64,000 bases of DNA from Candidatus Hydrogenedentota bacterium (GCA_963745075.1 CAVUWV010000020.1:32001-96000), one strand, 5' to 3'; shown: positions 48,732-59,016, numbered from the stretch's first letter. Numbers and translations: made by a program. The notes: generated by a model from the sequence alone, not told the origin.

Positions 48732-51683
48732 TCATTCATTGGCCGTCATGATCTGCACCGGTCCAACCAGGCCGGACGGCAGCAGCGGCGAATCCGGCTT
48801 GTAGGGATTCCAGGTGGTCCATGTCACGCGTTCGTTTTCCGGCAGTGCGCTGTCGCCGATGAGTCGGTTGGGCCACAGGTTCGCGACGTCAATCTCCAGA
48901 CGGTTGTCTTTGGCCTTCACGGCGTGCGTGATATCCACGCGCCATGGCGCGCACCAGACGACGCCCAGATCCTGACCGTTCAGGCGAACCCGCGCCATGC
49001 AGTGCACCTCGCCAAGATCCAACAGGATACTTTTGGAATCTCGATCGAGATCGCTGGGGCAATCAAAGGTCTTTCGGTAGGTAGCAATTCCCGAGTAGTA
49101 CTTGATCCCGGGTTCGGGGCGGGTACTCCAATCGTCCAACGTCTCGAACTGGACTTTCTCCGGACCTCCCAGTGACAAGTCAAATGCAACCTCCCAGGGT
49201 CCTGCAAGTGCGGTGGCGGTTGTCGTGTGCAGACAATTTGCGGTCCCGCCTGTTTTTGCTGCACCGGCGCGAAAGATAATGAACAAGCTCTGGTACGGGT
49301 CAAAGCACAGCGGTATCGTCGTGCGTCCGTCACGTTCGGTGTATTCGGGTAAGTCGTGGATGCTGGTCGTCACGGGATCCCAACATTGTGGCTGAAGGCC
49401 GACCACGCGAAACGTGCAAGACACCTTCACCGGTTCGTTCGTGCGGTTGGCGACAAAATAGACTTCATTGCTCCCCGTACGCCGATGGGTGTAACGGATA
49501 GGGCCGTCGGACTCGAAGTCCGGCAGCACATCCATCGACGCCAAGACCTGCGCAGTCGCATCGTAGCCGGGATAGCGCGGCGGGTAGGTATCGGGGTCTG
49601 CGTCTAGCTTCAGGTCGCCACCCCAAACGACGGCGCCGTGTCCAATCGCTCGCCGCGTGATTTTCTCCGGGGCCTCCGTGCCGCCCCATATTGTTGATGC
49701 TAGCACCTGCACGTTTTGATCGCATTCCGGATAGCCGGACAAACTCGGCGACTTCAAAGGTGGATTGCCGACGATCGTAGCACCGGATTGCACCAGTTCC
49801 TGGATCTTGTGCAGCAACTCCGGCGTCATCGTGTCGACGGTAGGAAGCACGAGAATGCGATAGGCCGCGCCGCCCGGGAAGACGATTCGGCCGTCCTCGA
49901 CGCTCGCCGATAGGAGCAACGTACTTGGCGCGCAGCCGTCAAAATTGTAGCCACGCCGGTCCTTCAGTTCGCCTTCCAGCGCGGAAGAAGGCGGACGAAA
50001 CACCTGCGGCGCGCCTTCCGGAACCAGGTAACAGATGTCCGCGACGGGCGCGCCCTGGCGCAACAAGAACTGACACCGCGCAACGTAGGTATGGTACGCG
50101 GGCACCATGGGCCACCACGTCTCGGTGCGGTCCCAATGGACGCCGTAGGGACCCATGGTCATGCCCGGCCGCCGATCCAGCCACGGTTGATGGGCGTACC
50201 GGTGAAACACGAGACGGTTGATGCCGGTCGCAAAGGCCCAGTCGCCCTGGTTCTTCATGGCGCCGGGATACAGTTTCCAGGCCTCGCTGGAATCGGCTGT
50301 AAACGATTCGGCGGCTATGATGGGCCGGCCACGCGTATGACCAATTGACGTGGCCTCGATACAGGAGAAGGTGGAATCGAACCCTATTGACCAGAACTCA
50401 CACATGGGCACATCGGCCACGCCGCCCAGTTCCATGTCGGACGTCGGGTTCATGTCGTAGGGTTCGATGGACAGCCCGAACCCGTGCCGTCGCCCAAGTT
50501 CTTTAAGATGCTCTGCGTGATTCTCCAGCACGAGTTCTTGCGCCGTGAGCCGCAGGTCCCACAGGAATCGCTCGGAAACCTCCTCGCTCTCCACGATGCG
50601 GCCGGTCATGACCGGCAGATACGGCAAAGGATCGTAGCCGCGACGGCGCTGGAATTCCTTCCTGAAAACGGCCGTCCAGTTTTGCGACCCCATCTCCCAA
50701 CTGTCGATATGCAGCATGGTCCAGCCGCTCTTTCGAGCGGCCGGCCTCTCCCCCACCGTCCGAAGGAGTTTGCCGACAAACGCGTCAAAATGTGCATCGA
50801 GAGCGGCCGGATCGAACTTGTCGCTTTCAAAACCCAACCCCGGTTCCGGCGCGGGTCGCGTGTTCGCGCCTGTATTCCGCCGGCCGAAGCGCAGGATCGT
50901 CCAGTCGCCTTGGGGGACATCCCACGTCAGATGACCGTCAGGTTGCAGACGATCGGTGAGGTCGACAACGTCCTTCGGGGAGATGATCGAACTCGCGGGA
51001 ACATCCGGGTACGAAGCCGGCGCGGGTAAATACGGTTTCACGCCCGGCTTCGAGGTATACGGTTCACGGACATACAACGCCTTCTCGTCAATATCGGCGA
51101 TACGTGCATCGTCCTTCGTCCGTGGAACGGCCAGCACGGCAACATCGGCGTAGAAATCTTCTCGGGCCTGCTTAATCCAATCCGGGATTCCCGCGTCTCC
51201 GAAATAGGGTGGGCGCGGTTCGGGACGAGGCAGCACGCCGTCGAATTTCGACGGACCACTCACGTTGACCGGCGCGGCGACGAGGTGCTGCATGGATTGT
51301 TCGGCTTTCACCCATGGGCCGCCACTGCCGGTCCAACCGGGCCCCGCGTTGAGTGTGATTTGCAGGCCGAGGCGTTCGGCTTCATTCACCGCGTGCTTGA
51401 ACAACGCGCACCATTCATCGCTCATAAACTCGACGGGGCCGCGCGGAATGCCGACGTTGACTTCCATGAGAATCACGCCACCGATTCCCGCATCTTTCAA
51501 GGCCTCGAAGTCCGCCGTGATTCCCTCCCGGCTGAGATTGCCGTCCATGATGAACCAATACACCCACGGGCGGGCCGAATCCGGCGGGTTGGCGAAGCCG
51601 TTTGCGAGGTCGTCAGTATCCGCCCAGGCACAAAGGCACGCCGCCGCCAAAAGAAGTGCGATTACAGGAATGCGTGATTTCAT
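48732..51683 (-). CDS. Glycoside hydrolase family 106 (alpha-L-rhamnosidase-like)
   Basis: Signal peptide; F.NPP.SARPWVYW, GWTGSGGPW, HIDSWE, DVPMCEFW, AESFT, GINRLVFH and LLPSGL.GPV. Confidence 0.9.
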   Translation of the reverse strand: MKSRIPVIALLLAAACLCAWADTDDLANGFANPPDSARPWVYWFIMDGNLSREGITADFEALKDAGIGGVILMEVNVGIPRGPVEFMSDEWCALFKHAVNEAERLGLQITLNAGPGWTGSGGPWVKAEQSMQHLVAAPVNVSGPSKFDGVLPRPEPRPPYFGDAGIPDWIKQAREDFYADVAVLAVPRTKDDARIADIDEKALYVREPYTSKPGVKPYLPAPASYPDVPASSIISPKDVVDLTDRLQPDGHLTWDVPQGDWTILRFGRRNTGANTRPAPEPGLGFESDKFDPAALDAHFDAFVGKLLRTVGERPAARKSGWTMLHIDSWEMGSQNWTAVFRKEFQRRRGYDPLPYLPVMTGRIVESEEVSERFLWDLRLTAQELVLENHAEHLKELGRRHGFGLSIEPYDMNPTSDMELGGVADVPMCEFWSIGFDSTFSCIEATSIGHTRGRPIIAAESFTADSSEAWKLYPGAMKNQGDWAFATGINRLVFHRYAHQPWLDRRPGMTMGPYGVHWDRTETWWPMVPAYHTYVARCQFLLRQGAPVADICYLVPEGAPQVFRPPSSALEGELKDRRGYNFDGCAPSTLLLSASVEDGRIVFPGGAAYRILVLPTVDTMTPELLHKIQELVQSGATIVGNPPLKSPSLSGYPECDQNVQVLASTIWGGTEAPEKITRRAIGHGAVVWGGDLKLDADPDTYPPRYPGYDATAQVLASMDVLPDFESDGPIRYTHRRTGSNEVYFVANRTNEPVKVSCTFRVVGLQPQCWDPVTTSIHDLPEYTERDGRTTIPLCFDPYQSLFIIFRAGAAKTGGTANCLHTTTATALAGPWEVAFDLSLGGPEKVQFETLDDWSTRPEPGIKYYSGIATYRKTFDCPSDLDRDSKSILLDLGEVHCMARVRLNGQDLGVVWCAPWRVDITHAVKAKDNRLEIDVANLWPNRLIGDSALPENERVTWTTWNPYKPDSPLLPSGLVGPVQIMTANE

Positions 51684-51703
51684 TTCCCCCTCCAATCTCT
51701 TTC

Positions 51704-51733
51704 CGTAATCGTAATCGTTATCGTAAGCGTAGT
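51704..51733. repeat. Five-unit 6-bp tandem repeat (CGTAAT-like)
   Basis: cgtaat cgtaat cgttat cgtaag cgtagt upstream of the GH106 start. Confidence 0.7.
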
Positions 51734-51864
51734 CGAACCGGCGGTGCGTGTGAATCCCTGCGCCCCGGTAGCGTATGATGGGGAACCAAGACTTTGGCGC
51801 AACATGAAAACCTGCGGGGCCGGGTCGTTTCATCCGTTCCCCAGTGCATCAAGGAGCGGGTACT

Positions 51865-53082
51865 ATGTCACACGAATCACTATCCCGTCGAGGATTCCTG
51901 GCGACTTCTGGCGTTGCCCTGGGCGCCGGCATGATCGGCAGCACCGCATTTGGAGCCAACGATCGCATCCGCATCGGATTGATCGGCACGGGAAGCCGTT
52001 GCCGGTCGCACATGAAAAGCCTCGCCGATTTGAAAGACGCACATAACGTCGAGGTCGGCGCCGTGTGCGACGTGTGGCGGCCCAACCGGGAATCCGCCGC
52101 GGGCATCATCGAGAAGACCTTCGGCAAGAAACCCTTCGCGACGTCGCGGTTCGGCGAGGTGCTCGACCGGGACGACATCGACGCCGTGGTCATTGCTACG
52201 CCCGATTTCGCGCACACGCCCATCATGATCGAGGCCCTCAAAGCGGGTAAGGACGTCTACGTCGAAAAGCCCATGTCCTTGTCCGTGGAAGACTCCGCCA
52301 AGGCGGTCGACCTTACGCGGCAGAACGACCGCGTCGTCCAAGTCGGCACGCAGCGCCGGAGCGAGGGATGCTGGTGGGCGGCACGCGACCTCGTGGCGTC
52401 GGGCAAATTGGGTCAGGTGAGCCGAATTGCGGCCGCAAACTGTTTCAATCAGGAGCGATGGGCGCGCGATTACGACGACTGCAAGGAAGAAGACGTGGAC
52501 TGGGAGGCATATCTGTTTAACCGGCCCATGCGCCCCTTTGATCCGCGCCTTCTACGGCGCTGGCAGCTCTATCGCATGTGCACGAACGGTATTTCCGGTC
52601 TCTGGATGACGCATCTGATTGACGCCGCCCACATGATCATGGGCTCCACCTATCCCAACAGCGCGGTCGCTCACGGCGGCATTTACGTCTGGAAAGACGG
52701 CCGCGAACACAGCGACGTATTCCACGCGTTGGTGGACTATCCGGAAGGGTATCTCTTTGACTGGGCCATGGTCCTGACCAATTCGGCCGGGACCCACTAC
52801 AACGTCCACGGTCGGTACGGGACCATGGATATGTATGCCGGCACCTATTCCGGTGAGGGCGGCGAGGAAGGCCATCAAATCGAAGCCGGCAAGCTCGATG
52901 CCAAACCGGACGGCGATCATATGGCGAACTGGCTCGAATGCATGCGCAGCCGCCAGCGGCCCATCGCCGATATTGAGTATGGGTATCAGCATTCGGTCGC
53001 CACGATAATGACCGCCACCGCCCTCGAAACGGGCCAGCGCATGCGCTATAACCACGACGAACGAAAACTGTATGCCGGATGA
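51865..53082 (+). CDS. Tat-exported Gfo/Idh/MocA oxidoreductase
   Basis: SRRGFL, IGLIGTG, IATPDFAH, DVYVEKP and QVGTQRRS. Confidence 0.92.
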   Translation: MSHESLSRRGFLATSGVALGAGMIGSTAFGANDRIRIGLIGTGSRCRSHMKSLADLKDAHNVEVGAVCDVWRPNRESAAGIIEKTFGKKPFATSRFGEVLDRDDIDAVVIATPDFAHTPIMIEALKAGKDVYVEKPMSLSVEDSAKAVDLTRQNDRVVQVGTQRRSEGCWWAARDLVASGKLGQVSRIAAANCFNQERWARDYDDCKEEDVDWEAYLFNRPMRPFDPRLLRRWQLYRMCTNGISGLWMTHLIDAAHMIMGSTYPNSAVAHGGIYVWKDGREHSDVFHALVDYPEGYLFDWAMVLTNSAGTHYNVHGRYGTMDMYAGTYSGEGGEEGHQIEAGKLDAKPDGDHMANWLECMRSRQRPIADIEYGYQHSVATIMTATALETGQRMRYNHDERKLYAG

Positions 53083-53166
53083 AACCAGGCGGAACCGATT
53101 ACTGGGAATTGAAACGAAAGAAGGTATTCTTGCCTCGACCGCAGGTTAAATGAGAGGGAATATAGT

Positions 53167-54171
53167 ATGAAGCTGAGACTTGGAACGTTGCTGTGGGTTG
53201 GTGCGTCAATCGTCGTTGCAGGCCTGTATTCGCAAGTTGCCCATGGCGACGACATTCGCGTGGGGATTATCGGACTGGACACGTCTCACGTCATCGCTTT
53301 CACGAAGTTGTTGAATGACCCCAGTGAGGCGGAACACGTGCCCGGCGCCAAAGTCGTGGCCGCTTTCAAAGGCGGCAGCCCGGACGTCGAATCCAGTTAC
53401 ACGCGGGTCGATGGCTATACCCAGCAGTTGCAGGATGAATTTGGCGTGAAGATCGTGCCGACGATCGAGGAACTCTGCACCCTCGTCGATGCCGTCATGA
53501 TCGAGAGTGTGGACGGTCGGCCTCACCTCGAACAGGTAAAACCCGTGTTTGCCGCGGGGAAACCCGTGTTCATCGACAAGCCGGTGGCCGGGTCGTTGGG
53601 GGACGCCATCGCGATTTACAAGCTCGGCAAGGAACAGGGTGTGCCGTGGTTCAGTTCATCCTCGTACCGGTTTTATAAGAGCATGACGGATCTGATGGCG
53701 CAGGATGTGGGCGAAATCCGTGGCGCAATTTCGTACGGGCCCTGTCATCTGGAACCCCATCATCCGGACCTGTTCTGGTATGGCGTGCATCCGACGGAAG
53801 CCTTGTTCACCGCCATGGGCACGGGTTGCGAAAGTGTCGTTCGCACGTCGACACCCGACACGGACGTGGTCACGGGGATCTGGTCCGGTGGTCGTGTCGG
53901 GACACTTCGCGGTTTGCGCGAAGCGGCCACGCCCCACAAGGTCATCCTTTTTGGAACCAAGTCTGTGGCCGAACAAGGAGAAGGTGGCGATTACGCGCCG
54001 CTGGTCGTGGAAATCGTAAAATTCTTCCAGACCAAGATCGTCCCGGTCCCGCCCGAGGAGACGATCGAGATCTTCGCGTTCATGGAAGCCGCGGACGAAA
54101 GCAAGCGACATGGCGGCGCCCCCGTGACCCTCAAAGAAGTCATCGAAAAAGCCGGCGGCATGCCGAACTAG
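53167..54171 (+). CDS. Secreted Gfo/Idh/MocA-family oxidoreductase
   Basis: GIIGLDTSH, SVDGRPH, FIDKP, SSS.RF and WYGVH. Confidence 0.88.
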   Translation: MKLRLGTLLWVGASIVVAGLYSQVAHGDDIRVGIIGLDTSHVIAFTKLLNDPSEAEHVPGAKVVAAFKGGSPDVESSYTRVDGYTQQLQDEFGVKIVPTIEELCTLVDAVMIESVDGRPHLEQVKPVFAAGKPVFIDKPVAGSLGDAIAIYKLGKEQGVPWFSSSSYRFYKSMTDLMAQDVGEIRGAISYGPCHLEPHHPDLFWYGVHPTEALFTAMGTGCESVVRTSTPDTDVVTGIWSGGRVGTLRGLREAATPHKVILFGTKSVAEQGEGGDYAPLVVEIVKFFQTKIVPVPPEETIEIFAFMEAADESKRHGGAPVTLKEVIEKAGGMPN

Positions 54172-54206
54172 GCGCACGCAGTTGACACCGAAAGACGCGG
54201 TCGAGG

Positions 54207-55709
54207 ATGGGCATGGAGACAGCGGTCAGTAGCCGGTACCCCTTGGGCCTTGTAGCGCTCGCGCTATGCGCACTGTCGGCTGGCGCCCATGCCGACTTCG
54301 ACGTTCGCGACTATGGCGCCGTTGGCGACAAGAGCGCAACCGATACCCCCGCGATTCAAGCCGCTATCGACGCAGCCCACGCGGCGGGCGGTGGCACTGT
54401 TCACTTTCCGGCGGGGGACTACCTTTCCGGCGCGCTCACGGTTCGAAGCAACGTCACGCTCGATCTCGAACCGGGAGCTACACTGTTTGCAAGCCAGGAT
54501 AAGGCGAACTATCCCGAAGGTCGCAGCGAGCTGTTGTTCGCGGAGGACGCCGAGAATATCCGTCTGATCGGATCCGGCGCGATTCACGGCCAAGCCACCG
54601 CGGACTTGCGTCGTAAGCCGCCTATCGAGGAACCGTGGCCCGAGTTTCGCACGCGAATCCTGTTTTTCCGGGGCTGCCGCAACGTGCACATTCGCGACAT
54701 CACCATTTTGTACAGCGACTCGTGGACCTTGCATCTGCAGCGCTGTGACACCGTCTACATCGACGGCGTCACGATACACAATAACTATTTCCGGACCAAT
54801 TCCGATGGCATCGACCCGAATTCGTGCCGAAACGTCCACATCTCCAATTGCCACATTGTCGCGGGCGACGACTGTATTGTGCTGAAAGCCACTGAAGATG
54901 CGCCGTGCGAAAACGTCGTGATTGTGAATTGCACGTTGGAAACCATCGCGACGGCGCTGAAACTCGGGACTGAATCTGTCGGCGACTTTCGCGATATCCG
55001 CGTTTCCAACTGCACGATCCGCAATTCGCCCGTCGGAATCGGCTTCTTCATGAAAGACGGCGGCACGATGGAGCGTGTATCTTTCGACAATATTTCGATT
55101 GAGACCGCCGACCCGACCGAGGTCGCTTACGCGCGCAACAGCGTGTTCCCGATCTTCTTGGACATCGAGAAACGCCATGACGATTCGCCGGCCGGCCGGA
55201 TTCGTGAGGTGACGTTCAGCAATCTCGACATTCACACGATGGGTAGTTCGGTCATTCAAGGGATGCCGGAACGCCCCGTCGAGAACGTCACGCTGCGTGA
55301 CGTGACCGTGCGCGTCGACAAGGCCATGGACTTCAGCGAACGGAAAAAGAAGGTCGGAGGGCGGCGCACGGTCAGCAACCAGCGCGACACGATCTACGTC
55401 CGCAAACCCGCCTATTTCGCCTTCGGAAACGTCGACGCCCTCACCGTGGACAACCTGAAAGTAATCGTGTCCGACGCCGTGCACACCGAATACCCCCGAG
55501 CTGCACTCTACTGCGACGCAGTGACGGGCGCCAACCTGCGCGACGTGCACTTTCGACCCACCGACGGCAGAACCCCGATCCTCCGCCTCAACAACTGCCG
55601 CCATACGCTCGTTTCCGGGCAAATTGATATGCGCGAGGGCCACGTCGCAGTCACCGGGGACGAGACCGCCGATATCGTCGTTCAATCGCGGGGGAACTCG
55701 AGCCCCTAA
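54207..55709 (+). CDS. Glycoside hydrolase family 28 (polygalacturonase-like beta-helix)
   Basis: DVRDYGAVGD..DT.AIQAAID, NSDGID, GDDCIVLK and LKLGTES. Confidence 0.9.
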   Translation: MGMETAVSSRYPLGLVALALCALSAGAHADFDVRDYGAVGDKSATDTPAIQAAIDAAHAAGGGTVHFPAGDYLSGALTVRSNVTLDLEPGATLFASQDKANYPEGRSELLFAEDAENIRLIGSGAIHGQATADLRRKPPIEEPWPEFRTRILFFRGCRNVHIRDITILYSDSWTLHLQRCDTVYIDGVTIHNNYFRTNSDGIDPNSCRNVHISNCHIVAGDDCIVLKATEDAPCENVVIVNCTLETIATALKLGTESVGDFRDIRVSNCTIRNSPVGIGFFMKDGGTMERVSFDNISIETADPTEVAYARNSVFPIFLDIEKRHDDSPAGRIREVTFSNLDIHTMGSSVIQGMPERPVENVTLRDVTVRVDKAMDFSERKKKVGGRRTVSNQRDTIYVRKPAYFAFGNVDALTVDNLKVIVSDAVHTEYPRAALYCDAVTGANLRDVHFRPTDGRTPILRLNNCRHTLVSGQIDMREGHVAVTGDETADIVVQSRGNSSP

Positions 55710-55889
55710 GCCGATCGGTTCGTCGCGCGTCACGCGCGCGAGGCGCTCACCGTAATTCCAGCCCTTTCCCCAGACATCACGAAGCCATACAGGCGCAAGT
55801 CGATGATGTCAATTCGCGCGCTTGTAGTTACACCACGTTTCGTAGGATACTGCTTCGAAACGCGCCATTTCCGCGGCGCAGGGGAAAAA

Positions 55890-57224
55890 ATGAATATGAA
55901 AACAAATCGTCGATCGTTCCTAAAAACCGCTGCGGCATCGGCCGCTCCCTTTATTCTACCGTCCCGGATCTGGGCCTCCCAGACCAAACCGAATGACCGA
56001 ATCACGATGGGATTCATCGGGGTGGGTAAGCAGAACCGGTACCTGCTCAACACGTTCCTGCAATACGAAGAGTGCCGAGTCGTTGCCGTGTGCGATGTCG
56101 ACACCACGCGCCGCGAATCCGCTCAGCAGATGGTGAATGAACGCTATACGAGCAAACCGGAACTCGGTTCCACCGGTTGTCAGGCCTACGACGACTTCAG
56201 AGACATTATCTCACGGGAGGACATCGACGCGGTCTGTATCGCGACGCCGGATCATTGGCACGCCATTCCCACCATCACCGCGCTGGAATCGGGTAAAGAC
56301 GTTTATTGCGAAAAGCCGCTGACGCACAACATCCATGAAGCAATCGCGGTCATGGACGCGGTGAAGAAGAACAAGCGCGTGCTGCAGACCGGTTCCATGC
56401 AGCGGTCCATGCGCGAGTTCCGCATCGCCTGCGAACTCGTTCGGAACGGCGCCATTGGAAAGATCGATCACGTGGATTGCAGTTTCGGCCCTCCCGGGAT
56501 CCCCTGCGACTTGCCGGAAGAACCTATGGAACCGGGACTGGATTGGAACATGTGGATCGGTCCGGGGCCGATGCGGCCATACAACTCGGTCTTAAGTCCG
56601 CGGGGCGTGCATGATTTCTTCCCCGATTGGCGAAGCTACAAGGAATATGGCGGCGGAATGGTGTGCGACTGGGGCGCCCATCATCTCGACATCGCGCAAT
56701 GGGGCCTGGGAATGGACAAGAGCGGGCCGACGGAAGTTCATCCCCCTGACAATCCGCAGGCGAAAATTGGCGGCGTCCTTCATTACAAAAATGGCGTCCG
56801 AGTGGTCCATGTCGACGGGTTTGGCGTGGACTTTTTCGGAAGCGAGGGCGAGGTCAAAGTCAATCGCGGAAAGTTCGAATTCTACCGCGACGGCAAGAAG
56901 GTGGCGGGCTTCGTCGACCGCGCGGACGGCTCACTCGGGGTCACATTGCGGGATGTCGAGGACGAATACCTGAAACACGCAAGGGTCAAACTCTACAAAA
57001 GCGACAACCACCTGAAGAACTTCCTGGACTGCGTCCAATCGCGCAAGAAACCGATCGCGAACGAGCAAGTGGGCGGGCACTCTGCGATTTGCTGCCACCT
57101 GTTGAACCAAGCCTACTATAACCACGCAGCCATCAACTGGAAACCGAAGCGCCTGCGTTTCGAGAAAGACGGCGGCAAGCCCGAGTGGTTGACGCGCGAC
57201 TACCGCGCCCCGTGGAAGGTGTAG
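55890..57224 (+). CDS. Tat-exported Gfo/Idh/MocA oxidoreductase
   Basis: NRRSFLK, GFIGVG, IATPDHWH, DVYCEKP, QTGSMQRS and DWGAHHLD. Confidence 0.93.
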   Translation: MNMKTNRRSFLKTAAASAAPFILPSRIWASQTKPNDRITMGFIGVGKQNRYLLNTFLQYEECRVVAVCDVDTTRRESAQQMVNERYTSKPELGSTGCQAYDDFRDIISREDIDAVCIATPDHWHAIPTITALESGKDVYCEKPLTHNIHEAIAVMDAVKKNKRVLQTGSMQRSMREFRIACELVRNGAIGKIDHVDCSFGPPGIPCDLPEEPMEPGLDWNMWIGPGPMRPYNSVLSPRGVHDFFPDWRSYKEYGGGMVCDWGAHHLDIAQWGLGMDKSGPTEVHPPDNPQAKIGGVLHYKNGVRVVHVDGFGVDFFGSEGEVKVNRGKFEFYRDGKKVAGFVDRADGSLGVTLRDVEDEYLKHARVKLYKSDNHLKNFLDCVQSRKKPIANEQVGGHSAICCHLLNQAYYNHAAINWKPKRLRFEKDGGKPEWLTRDYRAPWKV

Positions 57225-57338
57225 CAGACAGCGCGCTCCGGCCTGGAACGGGAAACCGCGGGTGTAGATCAGCGGTAGAGACACCCGTAGGGGCGGGACA
57301 AATGCGCAATTATCGAGGGGTTGCGAAGGGGAAATAGA

Positions 57339-57415
57339 TGGCGTACCCGGAGGGACTCGAACCCCCAACCTCTTGGTCCGTAGCCAAGCACTCTATCCAA
57401 TTGAGCTACGGGTAC
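57339..57415 (-). tRNA. tRNA-Arg (anticodon ACG), CCA encoded
   Basis: Minus strand GTACCCGTAGCTCAATTGGATAGAGTGCTTGGCTACGGACCAAGAGGTTGGGGGTTCGAGTCCCTCCGGGTACGCCA folds as a cloverleaf with CTTGG-CTACGGA-CCAAG anticodon arm. Confidence 0.97.
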
Positions 57416-57442
57416 GCATTTGCAGATCGACTGCGGAGAAGG

Positions 57443-57472
57443 ATCGTAGCATTTGCCCGGTGTGTGGTGCAA
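57443..57472 (-). promoter_or_regulatory. Putative sigma70 promoter of the tRNA
   Basis: TTGCAC-N18-TACGAT with extended TG on the minus strand just upstream of the tRNA. Confidence 0.5.
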
Positions 57473-57507
57473 ATCGAATCCGGGGGCTGCTGTCGGAATT
57501 AAGGGAA

Positions 57508-57546
57508 CACGGACCTGCACGGACAGACACGGACGATATGGACGAG
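57508..57546. repeat. Tandem 10-bp CACGGAC-core array (same family as 3145-3184)
   Basis: cacggacctg cacggacaga cacggacgat atggacgag. Confidence 0.75.
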
Positions 57547-57612
57547 GATGAAGGTGCGTTCGGCAGTAACCCTCGAGAGTCTTTTCCCGGTGGAATCGGG
57601 GTCGTCTGGCGG

Positions 57613-59016
57613 TCATTCCCCGACCAGGTGCTCGAGATCTTCGCGGGAGACGGTGAACAAGTCCATGTCGTCGGTGATGGCGCCGAGGCTGACGAGGCAC
57701 TCGGTAAACAACTCGCGGGTCTTGAGTTCGAGATCCTGGCTGCCGAGGTCAGTCATGCACTTCAGGATGTGCTGGCCTTTCTTCACGTGGGTTCGCTCGT
57801 CGGAGCGGATGAAGTCGGCGATGTGGGCGAGCACGGTGTCGTTCTCGTCGCGTGCCTTGTCGATGAGGCTGTTGATGGTCTTCAGCACACCGACCTCGCC
57901 GAAGAGGTTTATCTCGGCCATGGCAAAAGCCGGTTCCATGGGCCCGCGGCAGGTGGAACTGGTCAGCCGGTTAGGCAGTTCGTAGGGGTCGTAACCGGAG
58001 GCCAGCAAAGCCCGGTGACCGATTTCGGTGTGGCGGGCTTCGTCCCAGGTTACGCGGGCGAGGTCGTATTCGGCTTTGAAGTCGATAAACCGGATATCCC
58101 ACAGGAAGGTGCCGAAGGCTTCGATGGCGTCCACTTCGTCGCGTTGGGTACGAATGAAGCGCAGCCGCATACTCTCGTAGGCATCCTTGGGGAAACGCTC
58201 CTTGCCGTCGGCCACGTCGTAGTCACCGGTGTGATGGAACGTGGCAAAACGCGAATCCCGCCGCGGTACCGTGTTTCGCTCGTAGGGGTTCTCGTCGATA
58301 CGCAGCGTGTCCGGCGGCGCGGCAGGCGTCTCGGCGCTGGAAATGCCGCCGATACTGGCCAGGAGTTGCTGCAAGTGCCACCGCCACGCGGTTAGACGGC
58401 TCTCATCGACGCCGCCGTCAACGTACGCTGCAATCGCCGCTTCGGCCCACTCCAGCATGGGCTCGTAGTCGAGCAGAATCCGCTTCATCGCACGAATGGT
58501 CGGTGCATCGGTCACACTGTCTGTGTCGTCGATGTGATGTTGATACGCAATTGCGATGGCCCGGCCCGCGACCTGATGTACGCCGACCAGCAATTCCGGC
58601 GTATCCGCCGCGGAAAGCATCTCGTCGATAAACCGGTCAACCGCTTCATCGCGATGCGCGTCGACCATCTTGAGGCTTTTTTCCTGCTCGCTCAGGCGCG
58701 TGCGCAGGGTGTTCGCTGCATCGGCGTGGTAGAATATGTGGCGTCCGGTTTCGACCTTGACCTCGAACTCGGGGATGGCCAGCGTCCACGATCCCAAGGC
58801 TTGCGCCAGCCGCCGTTCAAAGTAGAAGAACCGCAGTAGCCGTTGGGCGTTCTGCTCCACGGTAAACTTGCCGCCCATATTGCGGAAATCCCGGGGGAAC
58901 CGATAAGGAAACGCGCGGCGCCGTTCGGCCGCGGCCTCGCGGTCTTCGTCGAACGACACAACAGGATATCGCGTGACGGACGGATTGGTCGATTCTGAAT
59001 TGCCGTTGGTCGACAT
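57613..59016 (-). CDS. Ferritin-like di-iron protein with C-terminal DUF455-type domain
   Basis: All-helical; EVDAIE, WDEARH, GE and DERTHV di-metal ligand motifs; GAGGAGG RBS. Confidence 0.72.
   Translation of the reverse strand: MSTNGNSESTNPSVTRYPVVSFDEDREAAAERRRAFPYRFPRDFRNMGGKFTVEQNAQRLLRFFYFERRLAQALGSWTLAIPEFEVKVETGRHIFYHADAANTLRTRLSEQEKSLKMVDAHRDEAVDRFIDEMLSAADTPELLVGVHQVAGRAIAIAYQHHIDDTDSVTDAPTIRAMKRILLDYEPMLEWAEAAIAAYVDGGVDESRLTAWRWHLQQLLASIGGISSAETPAAPPDTLRIDENPYERNTVPRRDSRFATFHHTGDYDVADGKERFPKDAYESMRLRFIRTQRDEVDAIEAFGTFLWDIRFIDFKAEYDLARVTWDEARHTEIGHRALLASGYDPYELPNRLTSSTCRGPMEPAFAMAEINLFGEVGVLKTINSLIDKARDENDTVLAHIADFIRSDERTHVKKGQHILKCMTDLGSQDLELKTRELFTECLVSLGAITDDMDLFTVSREDLEHLVGE

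Noticed and set aside
51684..51833. Extended GH106 N-terminus with DYAYDNDYDY
   Set aside because: It translates the hexamer repeat; the signal peptide and GGAGGGG RBS support the start at 51683.
57225..57415. Prophage or integrative element at tRNA-Arg
   Set aside because: No integrase and no duplicated tRNA 3' end noticed in the window.
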